DNA from: a bacterium
GTDB taxonomy: Bacteria; JADJOY01
DNA length: 64,000 nucleotides
NCBI GenBank assembly: GCA_046331705.1
Contig: JAXLQJ010000019.1
Location: forward strand, 1-64,000
Direction: 5' to 3'
Positions 20,120 to 29,680 of the stretch are shown here, one piece after another. The notes under the pieces were generated by a model, which was not told where the DNA came from, ran no database searches, and was given only the letters and a program-made list of their open reading frames with translations. Position numbers and translations under genes: made by a program. Position 1 is the stretch's first letter. Every line of letters starts with the position of its first letter.

Positions 20120-20575
20120 TCACTGAAATCGGGCGCAGGTGGCGGTGCGCTCGCGGAGCACGGCCTCCTGGCCGAAGCGGCGCTTGTACTCGGCGGCGAC
20201 CTCGCGAACGGCGCCGCGCGCCGCCTCGTCGCCCGAATGAAGCAGCATGACCACCTCGGAGCGCTCTTGCTCCAAGACTCCGCTCTTCCCCTTCCACCGC
20301 CCGGTGGCGGCGAAGACCGTGAGGCCGTCGGGAAAGCGCGGCGTGACCACCTCGTCGAGGAAGCGCTGCCATTCGTCGTCGTTGACGACCCCTCCGTCGG
20401 GACGATTGCGGCCGAAATAGAGCACGTCGCGCGCCATCGCCGCATCGCCGATCTCGCAGGCGCCGACGGGCGCGGCCGGGGCGAGGACCGTGTGCGCGAC
20501 GCACGCGCCGGTGGTGGTCGCGATGCCGAGAACGACGACGAGCATCCAAGCTCGCGCTGGCGCTGGCGACGGCAT
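20120..20575 (-). CDS. DUF3574 domain lipoprotein
   Basis: TGAC lipobox; LYFGR, EWQRFLDEVVTPRFPDGLTV, YKRRFGQEAVLR. Confidence 0.88.
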   Translation of the reverse strand: MPSPAPARAWMLVVVLGIATTTGACVAHTVLAPAAPVGACEIGDAAMARDVLYFGRNRPDGGVVNDDEWQRFLDEVVTPRFPDGLTVFAATGRWKGKSGVLEQERSEVVMLLHSGDEAARGAVREVAAEYKRRFGQEAVLRERTATCARFQ

Positions 20576-20604
20576 GGCGATCCTCCGTGCGCGCGGGGCG
20601 GCGC

Positions 20605-21342
20605 CTAGCGCACCACCACGGCGGAGACTTTTCTCGCGAGCACGTACTCCGCGGGCACCTTCGCCGTTTCCAGCGCCGCGATGGCGGCCTCGGTCGTCGG
20701 CCACCCGCCGGGCACGCGCACCACGATCGGGAACCCGACGAACAACCGCGCGAAGGCGGTCACCGCGGCGTCGCTCGCCTCGGTGAAGCCGGGGAACAAT
20801 TGCTCCACTTGCGGGAACCGCGTCGACTTCCCGAGCACCTGGCTCAGCTCGAGCTTGCCGACGACGTCGTGGGCGCCGAGGTGCTCGAAGACGTCGTACA
20901 CGGGCGGCGGGTCCGGCGCCCAGCGGTAGAGCATCGACTCGAAGACGGCGAGGCTGCCGCGAAAGAGCGGCGAAAGGCCGAATTGCGGGATCTCCGCGAA
21001 ATGGCCGCCCGGCGCGCGCTCGGTGAACGGCGAGACGAGCGTCAGGTCGCGCTCGCCGAGGCCGTCGAGGACGGGATCCACGGCGAACACGCGCACCCGT
21101 CGCCCGCCGCGCCCCGCCGCTCGGCACGCGCTCATGAGGTCGTACCAGCGCGCGTCGCCCTTGCATCGGATACCGAGCCACGCGGTCTTGGGCTCGCGCA
21201 GCGCGTCCGGGAGCGCGGGCCCTTCCTCGAACGTGAACGGCCACCACTTCTCGGCAGCCTCGCGCACCTCGTGAAGAATCGCGTCGGCGGATTCGCCCGC
21301 CCGCCGCTCGACGTAGAAATCCGCGAGGTCGGTGAGGTTCAT
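20605..21342 (-). CDS. Hypothetical protein (~245 aa)
   Basis: GGAG RBS before ATG 21342 (MNLTDLADFYVERR...); globular, protein-like composition; no family recognised. Confidence 0.65.
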   Translation of the reverse strand: MNLTDLADFYVERRAGESADAILHEVREAAEKWWPFTFEEGPALPDALREPKTAWLGIRCKGDARWYDLMSACRAAGRGGRRVRVFAVDPVLDGLGERDLTLVSPFTERAPGGHFAEIPQFGLSPLFRGSLAVFESMLYRWAPDPPPVYDVFEHLGAHDVVGKLELSQVLGKSTRFPQVEQLFPGFTEASDAAVTAFARLFVGFPIVVRVPGGWPTTEAAIAALETAKVPAEYVLARKVSAVVVR

Positions 21343-21627
21343 CGCTCCACCTCTGGGCATCGAGCGCTCGCCGCTTCGAGTGCCGTCGAGTTCGCTTTCG
21401 AATCCGCGCCCACGAGCTCGAGCGGCCGGACGGCACGCGGGCTCCTGCTCCGTTGCACCCGCGCGGGTCGCGCGGAGCAGGTCCCGGCCACCGAGCGCTC
21501 CAATCGACGGCTGGTGATTTAGCGCGCAGCGTGCGCGCGGTAAACGCGCACGTCGTCTCGACGAGTCACTCGCACGCGAGCGTGACGTCTTCCGCTGCGC
21601 CGGACGCACCCAGCCCTCGGGCGGCGG

Positions 21628-21810
21628 TCACGCTGCGAGACGGTCGGTGCTCACAGCGGTCTCGTTCGCGCCGAGGTCGCCCTCCTCGCGTGCGACGACC
21701 TCGCTCACCACCCGCGCGATCCGCGCCACCCAAAGCAACAACGCGATCTGTGAGAGCGCGATCAGGGCGACCACTGCCGCCGCGATCATGCTCATCGAGC
21801 CCAGGCTCAT
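21628..21810 (-). CDS. Small single-TM protein (60 aa)
   Basis: GGAGG RBS; MSLGSMSMIAAAVVALIALSQIALLLWVARIARVV...; sigma-54 motif upstream. Confidence 0.6.
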   Translation of the reverse strand: MSLGSMSMIAAAVVALIALSQIALLLWVARIARVVSEVVAREEGDLGANETAVSTDRLAA

Positions 21811-21871
21811 GGCGTCCTCCACGGTGCGAGGCGAGAATGTCGCCGCGCTGTGGGGTTATCCCGGGTTTTCG

Positions 21872-21887
21872 TGCAACCCTCGCGCCA
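21872..21887 (-). promoter_or_regulatory. Putative sigma-54 (-24/-12) promoter
   Basis: Minus strand TGGCGCGAGGGTTGCA = TGGC-N7-TTGCA with exact GG-N10-GC spacing, about 60 nt upstream of the 60-aa ORF. Confidence 0.6.
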
Positions 21888-22151
21888 CCTCGTGCCGGGT
21901 GAAGAGCGGACCGTGAATCGCGCCGAATTGCTCGAAAAGCGCTGAAATCGCTCGACTTGCTCGGGTGCTGGGCTACGACGGCCGGTCGCGATGGAAGCCG
22001 TCCGTGTTCGGATTCTCGAAGGAGACGTTCAGTATTCGTACGGGCAGCAGCGGAAGCGGCGATGCGTCGCTCGCGTTGACCCCGAGCGTGGATCGCGCGG
22101 GAGCGAACGAGCGCTCGGTGCAGTGACGAGCGCTCGCCGCGCGCAGGACCT

Positions 22152-22907
22152 TCAGTGAGCCGCGCGTGCTGGCCGCTGGGGAAAGACCACGATCAGCAGC
22201 ACCATGCACGCGAGCAAGCTGGCGGATGCGGAGTACCGGCTGAGGGCCAGTCCACCTGCGTCGCGCGGCTTGTCGAGGAAGTCGCCGACCACCGCGCCCA
22301 GCGGGCGGGTGAGGATGAACGCCGCCCAGAAGAGGAGCGTGCGCGAGAGCGGTGTGAGGAGGTAGGCCACCACCACCGCAGCGAGCAGCGCGCCGAACAA
22401 CACCGCGCCGCCGCCGTAGCCGAGGCCCGCAGTGTCCGCGGTCCAGTCGCCGAGCGCGGTCCCGAGCGTCTGCGAGAACATGATCGTCACCCAATAGAAG
22501 ATCTCGGCCTTGGGAGATCGCACCGTCTCGACGGCGACGGAGCCGAGGCTGCGGTACCAGACGAGCAGTGACGCAGCGAGCAGCAAGATCAGCAGCGTCG
22601 TGCCGCCCGCGTAACCGATCCCGAGCGAACGATCCACGAAGTCGGCGAGCGTGGTGCCGACGGTGGTGGTGGCGACGATCGTCAGCCAGTAGACGAACGG
22701 GTGGAATCGCTTCGCGGCGATCTGCGCCACGACCGCGACCGCGAAAAGCACGGCGAAGATGGCCGTGCTCACGAGGTAGCCGAGGCCCAGCGACATGGAG
22801 ACGGCGTCACCCCCCGTCTCACCAAGCGTCGTCGCGGCGATCTTGATGATCCAGAAGACCAGCGTCACCTGGGGCACTTTGCTCGTGGCCGCGTCCGAAT
22901 CGCTCAC
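22152..22907 (-). CDS. COG4705 / DUF347-repeat membrane protein
   Basis: SKVPQVTLVFWIIKIAATTLGETGGD, TTTVGTTLAD, SQTLGTALGD, FILTRPLGAVVGDFLDKP. Confidence 0.9.
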   Translation of the reverse strand: MSDSDAATSKVPQVTLVFWIIKIAATTLGETGGDAVSMSLGLGYLVSTAIFAVLFAVAVVAQIAAKRFHPFVYWLTIVATTTVGTTLADFVDRSLGIGYAGGTTLLILLLAASLLVWYRSLGSVAVETVRSPKAEIFYWVTIMFSQTLGTALGDWTADTAGLGYGGGAVLFGALLAAVVVAYLLTPLSRTLLFWAAFILTRPLGAVVGDFLDKPRDAGGLALSRYSASASLLACMVLLIVVFPQRPARAAH

Positions 22908-23088
22908 GGGTGGATTCCTTTCGCTTCGCTCGAGCCCGATCGGTGCCCGCGCGGCGATCCGCGGATCGGCACCATAGCTGCACGAGCGAACGCGCGTGCC
23001 CGCGCGCAGCCACGCGGGCTGCAGGCGTGCGAGGGATGGCGCTCGCCCGAGTGAGGCTGCGAGCGGCTCGACTGGCCTCAGCCGGAGC

Positions 23089-24726
23089 TCAGGGCAGCAG
23101 CGCCCGCACCAGGGATCGCAGCCCGAACCGCGGCAGCACCGCCGGCGCGGCGTGACGCGCTCGGCTCGCCGTGACGGGCACGCCTGCGGGCTCGAGCGTC
23201 GACGGGATCGTCAATCGTCGTTCCTGTCCCTTGCGCCGCGGCAGCAGTCGTGTGCGCGGCTCGTCCTCGACGACCATGCGCTCGGCGGCGAGCGCGCGCA
23301 CGCCGGGGTCGGCCCATTCGTAGAGCGTGGCCTCGCGCGCACCGCCCGGCGCGCCGGGGCGGATCCACGCGAAGCATTTGAGGCCGAACGGCTTGGTGCA
23401 CTCGACGTCCTCGAACGCGGGAGACCAGGTGCCGGTGTTGATGAGCTCGACGCCCTTGATCCAGCGATGCGCCTGCTTGTGCGTGTGCCCGTGGACCACG
23501 CGATTCACGCCGGCGATCTGCGAGCTCAGATCGAGCTTCTCGATGGCGCCGCGCTGCGCTTCCTCGTTCTCCGACTCCACTCCGCGGGCGTAGCGGATCA
23601 CCCACGGCATGAGCACCGCGAACGGCGCCACGAACGTCCACAGCGGGACCGCGACCCAGACCTTCACCACCAGCGTGAGCTCGAAGCTGGTGAGCAACGC
23701 CAGCACCACCAGCAGCGCGCGATCGAGCCAGAGCTCGCGCATCACCTTGAGCGGGCTCAGGACCGCGGGGTGCGCGTGGAGCTGGGCGAGGCTGCGCACG
23801 ACGCGGGGCGTGGCGTTGGCGCGTGCGGCGATGTCCTCGACGCGGTTCTCGAAGTCGAGCGGCGAGTCCTTCACCGGCGGCAGCAACGCTTCCTCGAGGG
23901 CGTAGAGGAAGGTGACGATCGAGCTCCAGAACCAGGTCCAGCCGAGCAGCGGCTGGACGCGCAGCAGGTATTGATAGAAGAACTTCACGTACTCGAAGAA
24001 CGAGGACTTGATGAAGCTCGAGTCGACGTGGGGATTGAAGAGTCCCATGCCGTTCAGCATGAAGCGACCGGCGAGGTTCCCGAATGGCAGCCGCACGTAT
24101 TCGGCTCCGCGCTTGCGGACCATGGGGTGCACCGGGTTGGGGCACACGCAGTAGGGATCGTATTGGTTGCCGTGCTCGATGAGCGTGTCGCCGTTCGCGA
24201 CGTAGAACCACTCGCAGAAGCGCACCCGCGCGGCGTCGCCTTCGGGCAGCCTGAGCCAGTGGATGAGCTCCGCGCGCACCGCCGGCCAGTGCAGCTCGAG
24301 GTCGTGGTTGCCGACCACGAACACCACGCGGTTGCCGGCGAGCACCCATTCGCGGACCGCCGCGAGCCAGACGGGATGGTCCTCGAGGATGACGCTCATC
24401 TTGTAGCGCGAGCGCACCTCCTGCGCCGTGAGGCCGCGCCGCCGCTCGAGCCAGCTCACGGCGAACGCGGGGCGCTCGGGCAGCGCCATCGTGGAATCGA
24501 AGTCGAAGACGTCGCCGTTGAACACCAGCTCGAGCGCGCCAGCGGCGGCGGCGCGCGCGTGCTCGAGGAAGCGCTTGAAGCTCTTGTCGACGAAGTGACG
24601 GGGACGCTTGTAGCGCTTCCAGAGCGGATTGCCGGGGTGTGAGCGCTCGGCCTCCGAGAGGTGGAGGTCGCTCACCACGAAGGTGTGCGCGCTCTCGTTC
24701 GACGTGGGCTCTGGCGCTCGATCCAT
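23089..24726 (-). CDS. Calcineurin-like metallophosphoesterase with inserted TM hairpin
   Basis: VVSDLHL, NGDVFDF, VGNHD, IEHGNQYD, HGHTH, NTGTW motifs; hydrophobic pair before the GHTH motif. Confidence 0.88.
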   Translation of the reverse strand: MDRAPEPTSNESAHTFVVSDLHLSEAERSHPGNPLWKRYKRPRHFVDKSFKRFLEHARAAAAGALELVFNGDVFDFDSTMALPERPAFAVSWLERRRGLTAQEVRSRYKMSVILEDHPVWLAAVREWVLAGNRVVFVVGNHDLELHWPAVRAELIHWLRLPEGDAARVRFCEWFYVANGDTLIEHGNQYDPYCVCPNPVHPMVRKRGAEYVRLPFGNLAGRFMLNGMGLFNPHVDSSFIKSSFFEYVKFFYQYLLRVQPLLGWTWFWSSIVTFLYALEEALLPPVKDSPLDFENRVEDIAARANATPRVVRSLAQLHAHPAVLSPLKVMRELWLDRALLVVLALLTSFELTLVVKVWVAVPLWTFVAPFAVLMPWVIRYARGVESENEEAQRGAIEKLDLSSQIAGVNRVVHGHTHKQAHRWIKGVELINTGTWSPAFEDVECTKPFGLKCFAWIRPGAPGGAREATLYEWADPGVRALAAERMVVEDEPRTRLLPRRKGQERRLTIPSTLEPAGVPVTASRARHAAPAVLPRFGLRSLVRALLP

Positions 24727-24775
24727 GGGCGCGCTCGCAGGCGAGCCCGACCATCCGTCGGGTCGCCGCGGGTCG

Positions 24776-25021
24776 TCAGGACTCGTCGTCGTCGAGGAGG
24801 TCGAACGAGCGCACGGCGCGCGTGGGGTTGGCGTCAGCCACCTCTTCGGTGGCTTCACCGGCATGGACCCACAGTCGATCTTGGGTGGCACGGCGGGGAT
24901 CCCAGCCGTACTCCTCCTCCATCTGGCCGTCGATCCCGTGTCGTCCCCGCGGACGGGTTCCGCGGCGGATCGTCCCCGTGCGTTGGCTCCAACTCTCGTA
25001 TTGCCGGCGCGAGCGACTCAT
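24776..25021 (-). CDS. Small hypothetical protein (81 aa, basic N-terminus and acidic C-terminus)
   Basis: Strong RBS GGAGGGAGGT upstream of ATG 25021; sigma-54 motif upstream; MSRSRRQYESW...FDLLDDDES. Confidence 0.55.
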   Translation of the reverse strand: MSRSRRQYESWSQRTGTIRRGTRPRGRHGIDGQMEEEYGWDPRRATQDRLWVHAGEATEEVADANPTRAVRSFDLLDDDES

Positions 25022-25112
25022 GCGACTTGACCTCCCTCCGCACGCACAGCCAGGGTCGGGCGCGAACGTGCCCGAATCCGTGGGCCACGCGTCGATCGTC
25101 GACTCTGGCAAA

Positions 25113-25128
25113 AGCAAGGCGCGTGCCC
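25113..25128 (-). promoter_or_regulatory. Putative sigma-54 (-24/-12) promoter
   Basis: Minus strand GGGCACGCGCCTTGCT matches GGCACG-N4-TTGCW. Confidence 0.65.
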
Positions 25129-25450
25129 CGAGCGTTGGCGCGCTCGCCGCGATCGCCTGCGTCGCGTCAAGCTCGCGAAAACTCGATCGTCTTCGCTCAT
25201 CTGTCGCGACGCATGGGCTCATCGGCCAGGCGTTCGCGGCGCTCGCGGACCCGGGTCAGGGCTGACGCAGACCGGCAGAAAACGTCATGTCCCGTCCTGA
25301 ATTTGGCACCCACGAGTGCGAAGCGCCCGGCGTGACGCGCCGCGGCGAACGGCCGCTGCTCCGCCCGTGCACGGTCCCGGCGCGCACGGACTCGCGGTTG
25401 CGCGCTCGGTCGTTGCTTGGGGCGGCGCGCTCGATAGACTCGGCCGCTCC

Positions 25451-26371
25451 ATGATCTTCGTTCCGCCGTGGCCCGACGTTCCGCCCGCCCAGCGCGGTGA
25501 GGGGACGATGCCGTTGCGCTACCAGGACGTGGCGCAGGACGGGCGGCTCAGGCTCGTGGCGCTGACCCCGTCGGTGGGTGCGGTGGTGTGGCGCAGCACC
25601 ATCCACGCGAGCCCTCTCGCCAAGGCCATGCGCGAGGACGGCATCGTGCCGATCCTGACGCGGCTCGTCATGGAAGGCGGCGACGGGCCGATCTCGGTGG
25701 GCCATGCGCTCGACGGCCACGGCGCGCTCGAGCTCGCCCACGCCGCGGACGCTTCCGGACAGGTCACCAAGATCCTCGCGAACATGTGGGTGGAGGTCTC
25801 GGGCCCGATCGGCCGCACCCATTTCCCGCAGCCCGAGCGAGCCGGGGAGCGCGTGATCGTAGGACGTATCTTCGCCGAGCACGTGCTGTCCCGGCTCTTC
25901 GCGCCCCCCGAGCGACGCAAGGTCCTGTCGCTCACCGTCCCCGGGTGGCCGGAGACCCCGCCGCGTCGCTACGCCTGGCGCGAGGTCGAGGACGTGTTGC
26001 CCTTGCCCGCCGACGCTGTCGCGCTCGAGCCCGAGCCGCGCGCCGTGGCGGTGCCGACGGTGTTCTCGCTCGGCGATACCGACAGCAACCAGCACGTGAA
26101 CTCGCTCGTGTATCCCCGCGTCTTCGAGGAGGCCACCGTGCGGCGGCTCCACGAGTTGGGGGTATCGACGCGCACGTTGCTCCTGCGCGGTCTGGATGTG
26201 GCGTTCCGCAAGCCGTGTTTCGCCGGCGATGTGATGCGGATCGTGCTGCAGGCGTACCGCTGGGATGATGGCTACGGTGCCGGCGTCGCGCTGGTACCGG
26301 AGACGGCGACGGCCGGCTCGTCGCCGAGCCGGCCGCATTGTTGCGCGCGTCTCTACTTCAGCGCCGGGTGA
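25451..26371 (+). CDS. Double hotdog-fold acyl-ACP thioesterase-like protein
   Basis: LRYQDVAQDGRL in the N-terminal fold; DTDSNQHVNSLVY (D-x-N-x-H-V-N) and FRKPCFAGD in the C-terminal fold. Confidence 0.75.
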   Translation: MIFVPPWPDVPPAQRGEGTMPLRYQDVAQDGRLRLVALTPSVGAVVWRSTIHASPLAKAMREDGIVPILTRLVMEGGDGPISVGHALDGHGALELAHAADASGQVTKILANMWVEVSGPIGRTHFPQPERAGERVIVGRIFAEHVLSRLFAPPERRKVLSLTVPGWPETPPRRYAWREVEDVLPLPADAVALEPEPRAVAVPTVFSLGDTDSNQHVNSLVYPRVFEEATVRRLHELGVSTRTLLLRGLDVAFRKPCFAGDVMRIVLQAYRWDDGYGAGVALVPETATAGSSPSRPHCCARLYFSAG

Positions 26372-26398
26372 GCGTACCGGGCGACTGCGTCGCGCGGG

Positions 26399-26449
26399 AC
26401 CGGGGTCGATGAAGCAGGCGACCCCGGTGGAGGTTCGATCCCACCGGGG
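26399..26449. repeat. Overlapping alternative inverted repeats between convergent genes (terminator-like)
   Basis: ACCGGGGTCG (26399-26408)/CGACCCCGGT (26419-26428) and CCCCGGTGG (26422-26430)/CCACCGGGG (26441-26449). Confidence 0.55.
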
Positions 26450-26458
26450 CCGTGCGCG

Positions 26459-28477
26459 TCAGGGAGCCACCGCCCACGTGGCGAAGGGCGGCAGCTTCGC
26501 GGACTGGAACCACGAGAGTAGGCCGCGCCTGAGCGGATTCGGCGCGTGCTCGACGATCTGTGGCGCCGCGTCCAGCGATGCGAGCCGTGCCGAGATGACT
26601 CTGCCGCCGCCCGTGGAGCCCCAGACCTGGATGTTGCTGTAGATCACGCCGGCCTGGGGACCGTACTCGCCGCCGCTGTAGTCCGAGCCCACGAACACGT
26701 AGCGCAGCGGCAACGACGACCCGTGCGGGTGGGTCTTGAGAATGTCTCCGTCGAGGAACACGGTCACGGACCCGCCAGCCGTCCATTCGACGCGCACCGT
26801 GTGTCGGACCTGCGGATCGATGCGGCCGTGGGGCGGCGAGAGCCGAGTCTCGATGCGCTCGTCGAACCCGTTCGGCGACGACCCGAACTTGAAGAGATCG
26901 TTGTAGACCTTGCCCGTGCGGATGGTGAAGAACGCCGTGTGCGTGTCCTGCGAATGGTGGGTGTCGCCCGCGCCGTCCTCGTACATGTCGAGGATCTGCT
27001 GCTTGTCGTACTGATGCTGCGGGCTCGACGAGGACGGATCCCAGTTGTCGAGGTCGGCGGAGAAGGCGCCTTCGGTCAGGAACGTGCCGAGGTCCCAGCG
27101 AATCGCCCAGCCCGGCTTCCAGCCGCCCTGCGTGAACGAGCCGCCGTCCTGGCGGCCGGTGGTCGAACCGTCGAGTGAGTCGCACAGCGCCGCGCCGGTC
27201 ACCCCTGCGCACGAGCTGCCGCCTCCTCCTCCGCCGCCACCACCTCCGCCGCCACCGCCACCACCGCCCGCGGTGATCGTCACGCTGTCCGGGGTGCTCG
27301 GGTCGAAATCATCGCCGACGACGAGCTGAGCGACGTACTGACCGGCGACGTCCGCCACGAAGCTCGGATTGACGGTGTTCTCGCCGCTGAGCGTCGCGGT
27401 GCTGCCCTCGGGGCGCGAGACCAGCGTCCAGAAGTATTCGAGCGGCGCGCCCTCGGGGTCGTTGCTGGCGCTGCCGTCGAGCAGGACTTGTGCGCCCACG
27501 TCCACGCTCTGGTCGGCGCCCGCGTTGGCCACCGGCGGCACGTTCGCCACCGTCGCATTGATGTGGACCGTGTCCGGCGCGCTGGCTGCGCGGGCGTCGC
27601 GCGCGACGAGCTGGATCACGAACTCACCCGCCTTGTCCGCGACGAACAACGTCTCGGCGGCGCTGGGATCCTTGACGCCGGCGTTGCTGCCGTCGGGCTT
27701 CGTGAGAAACGTCCACTGATACGTGAGCGGATCGCCGTCGGCGTCGTAGCTGCCGCTGGCGTCGATGTGGACCACCGAGCCCACGGCCACGTCCAAGTCC
27801 GGCCCGGCGTTCGCCACCGGTGGAGAGTTGGTGTCGATGGCCGTGAACGTCACCACGCTCGGCTCGCTGGTGAGCTCGCCGTCGCTCACCACCAGCTCGA
27901 TGTCGTAGCTACCCAGCGCGTCCGCCACGAAGAGCGTCTTGGCGGCCGCGGGATCCTTGATCCCGGACTGACTCGCTTCGGGCTTCGACTTGATCGACCA
28001 CAGGTACGTGAGCAGGTCGCCGTCGGGGTCGGCGCTCTGGGTGGCGTCGAGCTCGACGATCGAGCCGAGCGGCACCGTCTGGCTCACGCCAGCCACGGCG
28101 GTGGGAACCGAGTTGGGAGTGGCTGCGGTGACGATCGTCGAGTCGGGCACGGAGTCGAGGCTTCCGTCGTTCACGATCAGCTCGGCCTGATAGTCCCCGT
28201 CGACATCGGCGATGAAGCTGGGCCGCGGCACCGAGGGGTCGGAGAGGATCGCGGCGCTGCCTTCCGGCCGGATGGCGAGCGTCCAGCGATACGTGAGCGG
28301 ATTGCCGTCGGGGTCGGTGCTGCCGCTGCCGTCGAGCACGACGGGCGAGCCCGTCTTCACGCTCTGATCCACGCCCGCGGATGCGGTAGGCACCCCATTC
28401 GAGTCGGAGGAATTGCCACAGCCGATCGCAGTCGTGACGGCGCATCCGACCAACCAAATCAGAATCCGTTGCCGCAT
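26459..28477 (-). CDS. Surface lipoprotein with four PKD/Ig-like repeats, poly-Gly linker and C-terminal beta-sandwich (lectin-like) domain
   Basis: AIGC lipobox; four ~95-aa repeats P.A.AG.DQ.V..G..V.LD.S.S.DPDG..LTY.W; Gly17 encoded at 27218-27268; HTVRVEW...TVFLDG in the C-domain. Confidence 0.85.
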   Translation of the reverse strand: MRQRILIWLVGCAVTTAIGCGNSSDSNGVPTASAGVDQSVKTGSPVVLDGSGSTDPDGNPLTYRWTLAIRPEGSAAILSDPSVPRPSFIADVDGDYQAELIVNDGSLDSVPDSTIVTAATPNSVPTAVAGVSQTVPLGSIVELDATQSADPDGDLLTYLWSIKSKPEASQSGIKDPAAAKTLFVADALGSYDIELVVSDGELTSEPSVVTFTAIDTNSPPVANAGPDLDVAVGSVVHIDASGSYDADGDPLTYQWTFLTKPDGSNAGVKDPSAAETLFVADKAGEFVIQLVARDARAASAPDTVHINATVANVPPVANAGADQSVDVGAQVLLDGSASNDPEGAPLEYFWTLVSRPEGSTATLSGENTVNPSFVADVAGQYVAQLVVGDDFDPSTPDSVTITAGGGGGGGGGGGGGGGGGSSCAGVTGAALCDSLDGSTTGRQDGGSFTQGGWKPGWAIRWDLGTFLTEGAFSADLDNWDPSSSSPQHQYDKQQILDMYEDGAGDTHHSQDTHTAFFTIRTGKVYNDLFKFGSSPNGFDERIETRLSPPHGRIDPQVRHTVRVEWTAGGSVTVFLDGDILKTHPHGSSLPLRYVFVGSDYSGGEYGPQAGVIYSNIQVWGSTGGGRVISARLASLDAAPQIVEHAPNPLRRGLLSWFQSAKLPPFATWAVAP

Positions 28478-28615
28478 TTCGTACACCTCTTCGTTGCGAG
28501 TATCGACGAGTCGCTCGGCGCCTGCCGCGGAGCGCGCGGAACGATAACCTCCCGTCCCCACCCGTGGCACGCGAATTTCACCCGTCTCCGGCCGTGGCAG
28601 CGGAGGTGCTGGGAG

Positions 28616-29680
28616 GTGCTGGGACGCGCGCCGCGTGGGCGGGCTCTGTTATCATCCCGAGCCGCGCCCGCATCGGCGCGCGGCCAGCCTCCGAGGAAGC
28701 CTCCGTTGCCGTTTCCCCCGATCGATCCCGAGATCCGCGAGCGCGTGCGACGCCTCGAGCTCGCGTTCAACCGTTTCGGCTACGACCCGTACGGCATCTC
28801 CCAAGAGCACCTGGCGCAGTTCTTCACGGTGCTTGCGTGGTTCTACCGGCGCTACTTCAAGGTTCAGGCGTTCGGCGTCGAGCACGTCCCGGCGCGCGGA
28901 CGCGCCATGCTCATCGGCAATCACTCGGGCGGCGTCGCGATCGACGGCGCGATGGTGCTGGCGTCCATCTTCCTCGAGAAGGAGCCGCCCCGGTTGGCCC
29001 AGGGCATGGCCGAGAAGTTCCTGGGAAAGATGCCGTTCTCGTCGGAGTGGACGTTACGTCTCGGCCAGCTCACGGGGTTGCCCGAGCACGCCACCCGGCT
29101 GCTTCTCGACGACCGCTTACTCATGGTCTTTCCCGAGGGCGCGCGCGGCACCGCCAAGCTCTACAAGGAGCGCCACTCGCTGGTGCGATTCGGCACGGGA
29201 TTCATCCGCTTGGCGCTCGAGACGCGTAGCCCGATCATCCCGTTCGCGTTCATCGGCGGCGGCGAGGTGATGCCGACCATCTTCAACGCCTATCGGCTCG
29301 GCCGCTTGCTGGGCGTTCCCTACGTCCCGGTCACGCCGTACCTGATCCCGGTGCCGCGGCCCGAGCCGTGCGAGGTCTACTACGGCCCGCCGATGTGGTT
29401 CCGCGGCACGGGAACCGAGGACGATCACGTGATCGACGGCTACGTCGAGCAAGTGAAGGCACGCATCGCGGCGCTCATCGAGCTCGGTGTCGCGCGCCGC
29501 AAGTCCGGTGATCGCACGTCGCCCGTGGACTGGTCGGCGTTCGGCGGTGTCGGCGAGCGCCCGAATGCCGAGCGCGAGGTCGCCGGGCATCACGAGGCCG
29601 CTGTCGTGACCGAGGCGGCGCCGACTCGCGCGGCGCGCCGAGCGAAGCCCGCGCGGCGCGCACCGCGGGGGCGCCGATGA
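28616..29680 (+). CDS. Lysophospholipid acyltransferase (PlsC family)
   Basis: [21 protein letters not shown] (HX5D), [17 protein letters not shown]; start codon uncertain. Confidence 0.88.
   Translation: MLGRAPRGRALLSSRAAPASARGQPPRKPPLPFPPIDPEIRERVRRLELAFNRFGYDPYGISQEHLAQFFTVLAWFYRRYFKVQAFGVEHVPARGRAMLIGNHSGGVAIDGAMVLASIFLEKEPPRLAQGMAEKFLGKMPFSSEWTLRLGQLTGLPEHATRLLLDDRLLMVFPEGARGTAKLYKERHSLVRFGTGFIRLALETRSPIIPFAFIGGGEVMPTIFNAYRLGRLLGVPYVPVTPYLIPVPRPEPCEVYYGPPMWFRGTGTEDDHVIDGYVEQVKARIAALIELGVARRKSGDRTSPVDWSAFGGVGERPNAEREVAGHHEAAVVTEAAPTRAARRAKPARRAPRGRR

Noticed and set aside
22967..22982. CGGCACCATAGCTGCA GG-N10-GC motif on the plus strand
   Set aside because: It points to no plus-strand gene; it is better read as a minus-strand -10 (TATGGT) for the COG4705 gene.
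26429..26445. GGAGGTTCGATCCCACC resembling a tRNA T-arm
   Set aside because: No D-arm, anticodon arm or acceptor stem; the sequence is explained by the local inverted repeat.
28565..28580. TGGCACGCGAATTTCA sigma-54-like motif before the acyltransferase
   Set aside because: The -24 element is good but the -12 element has TC instead of the conserved GC.
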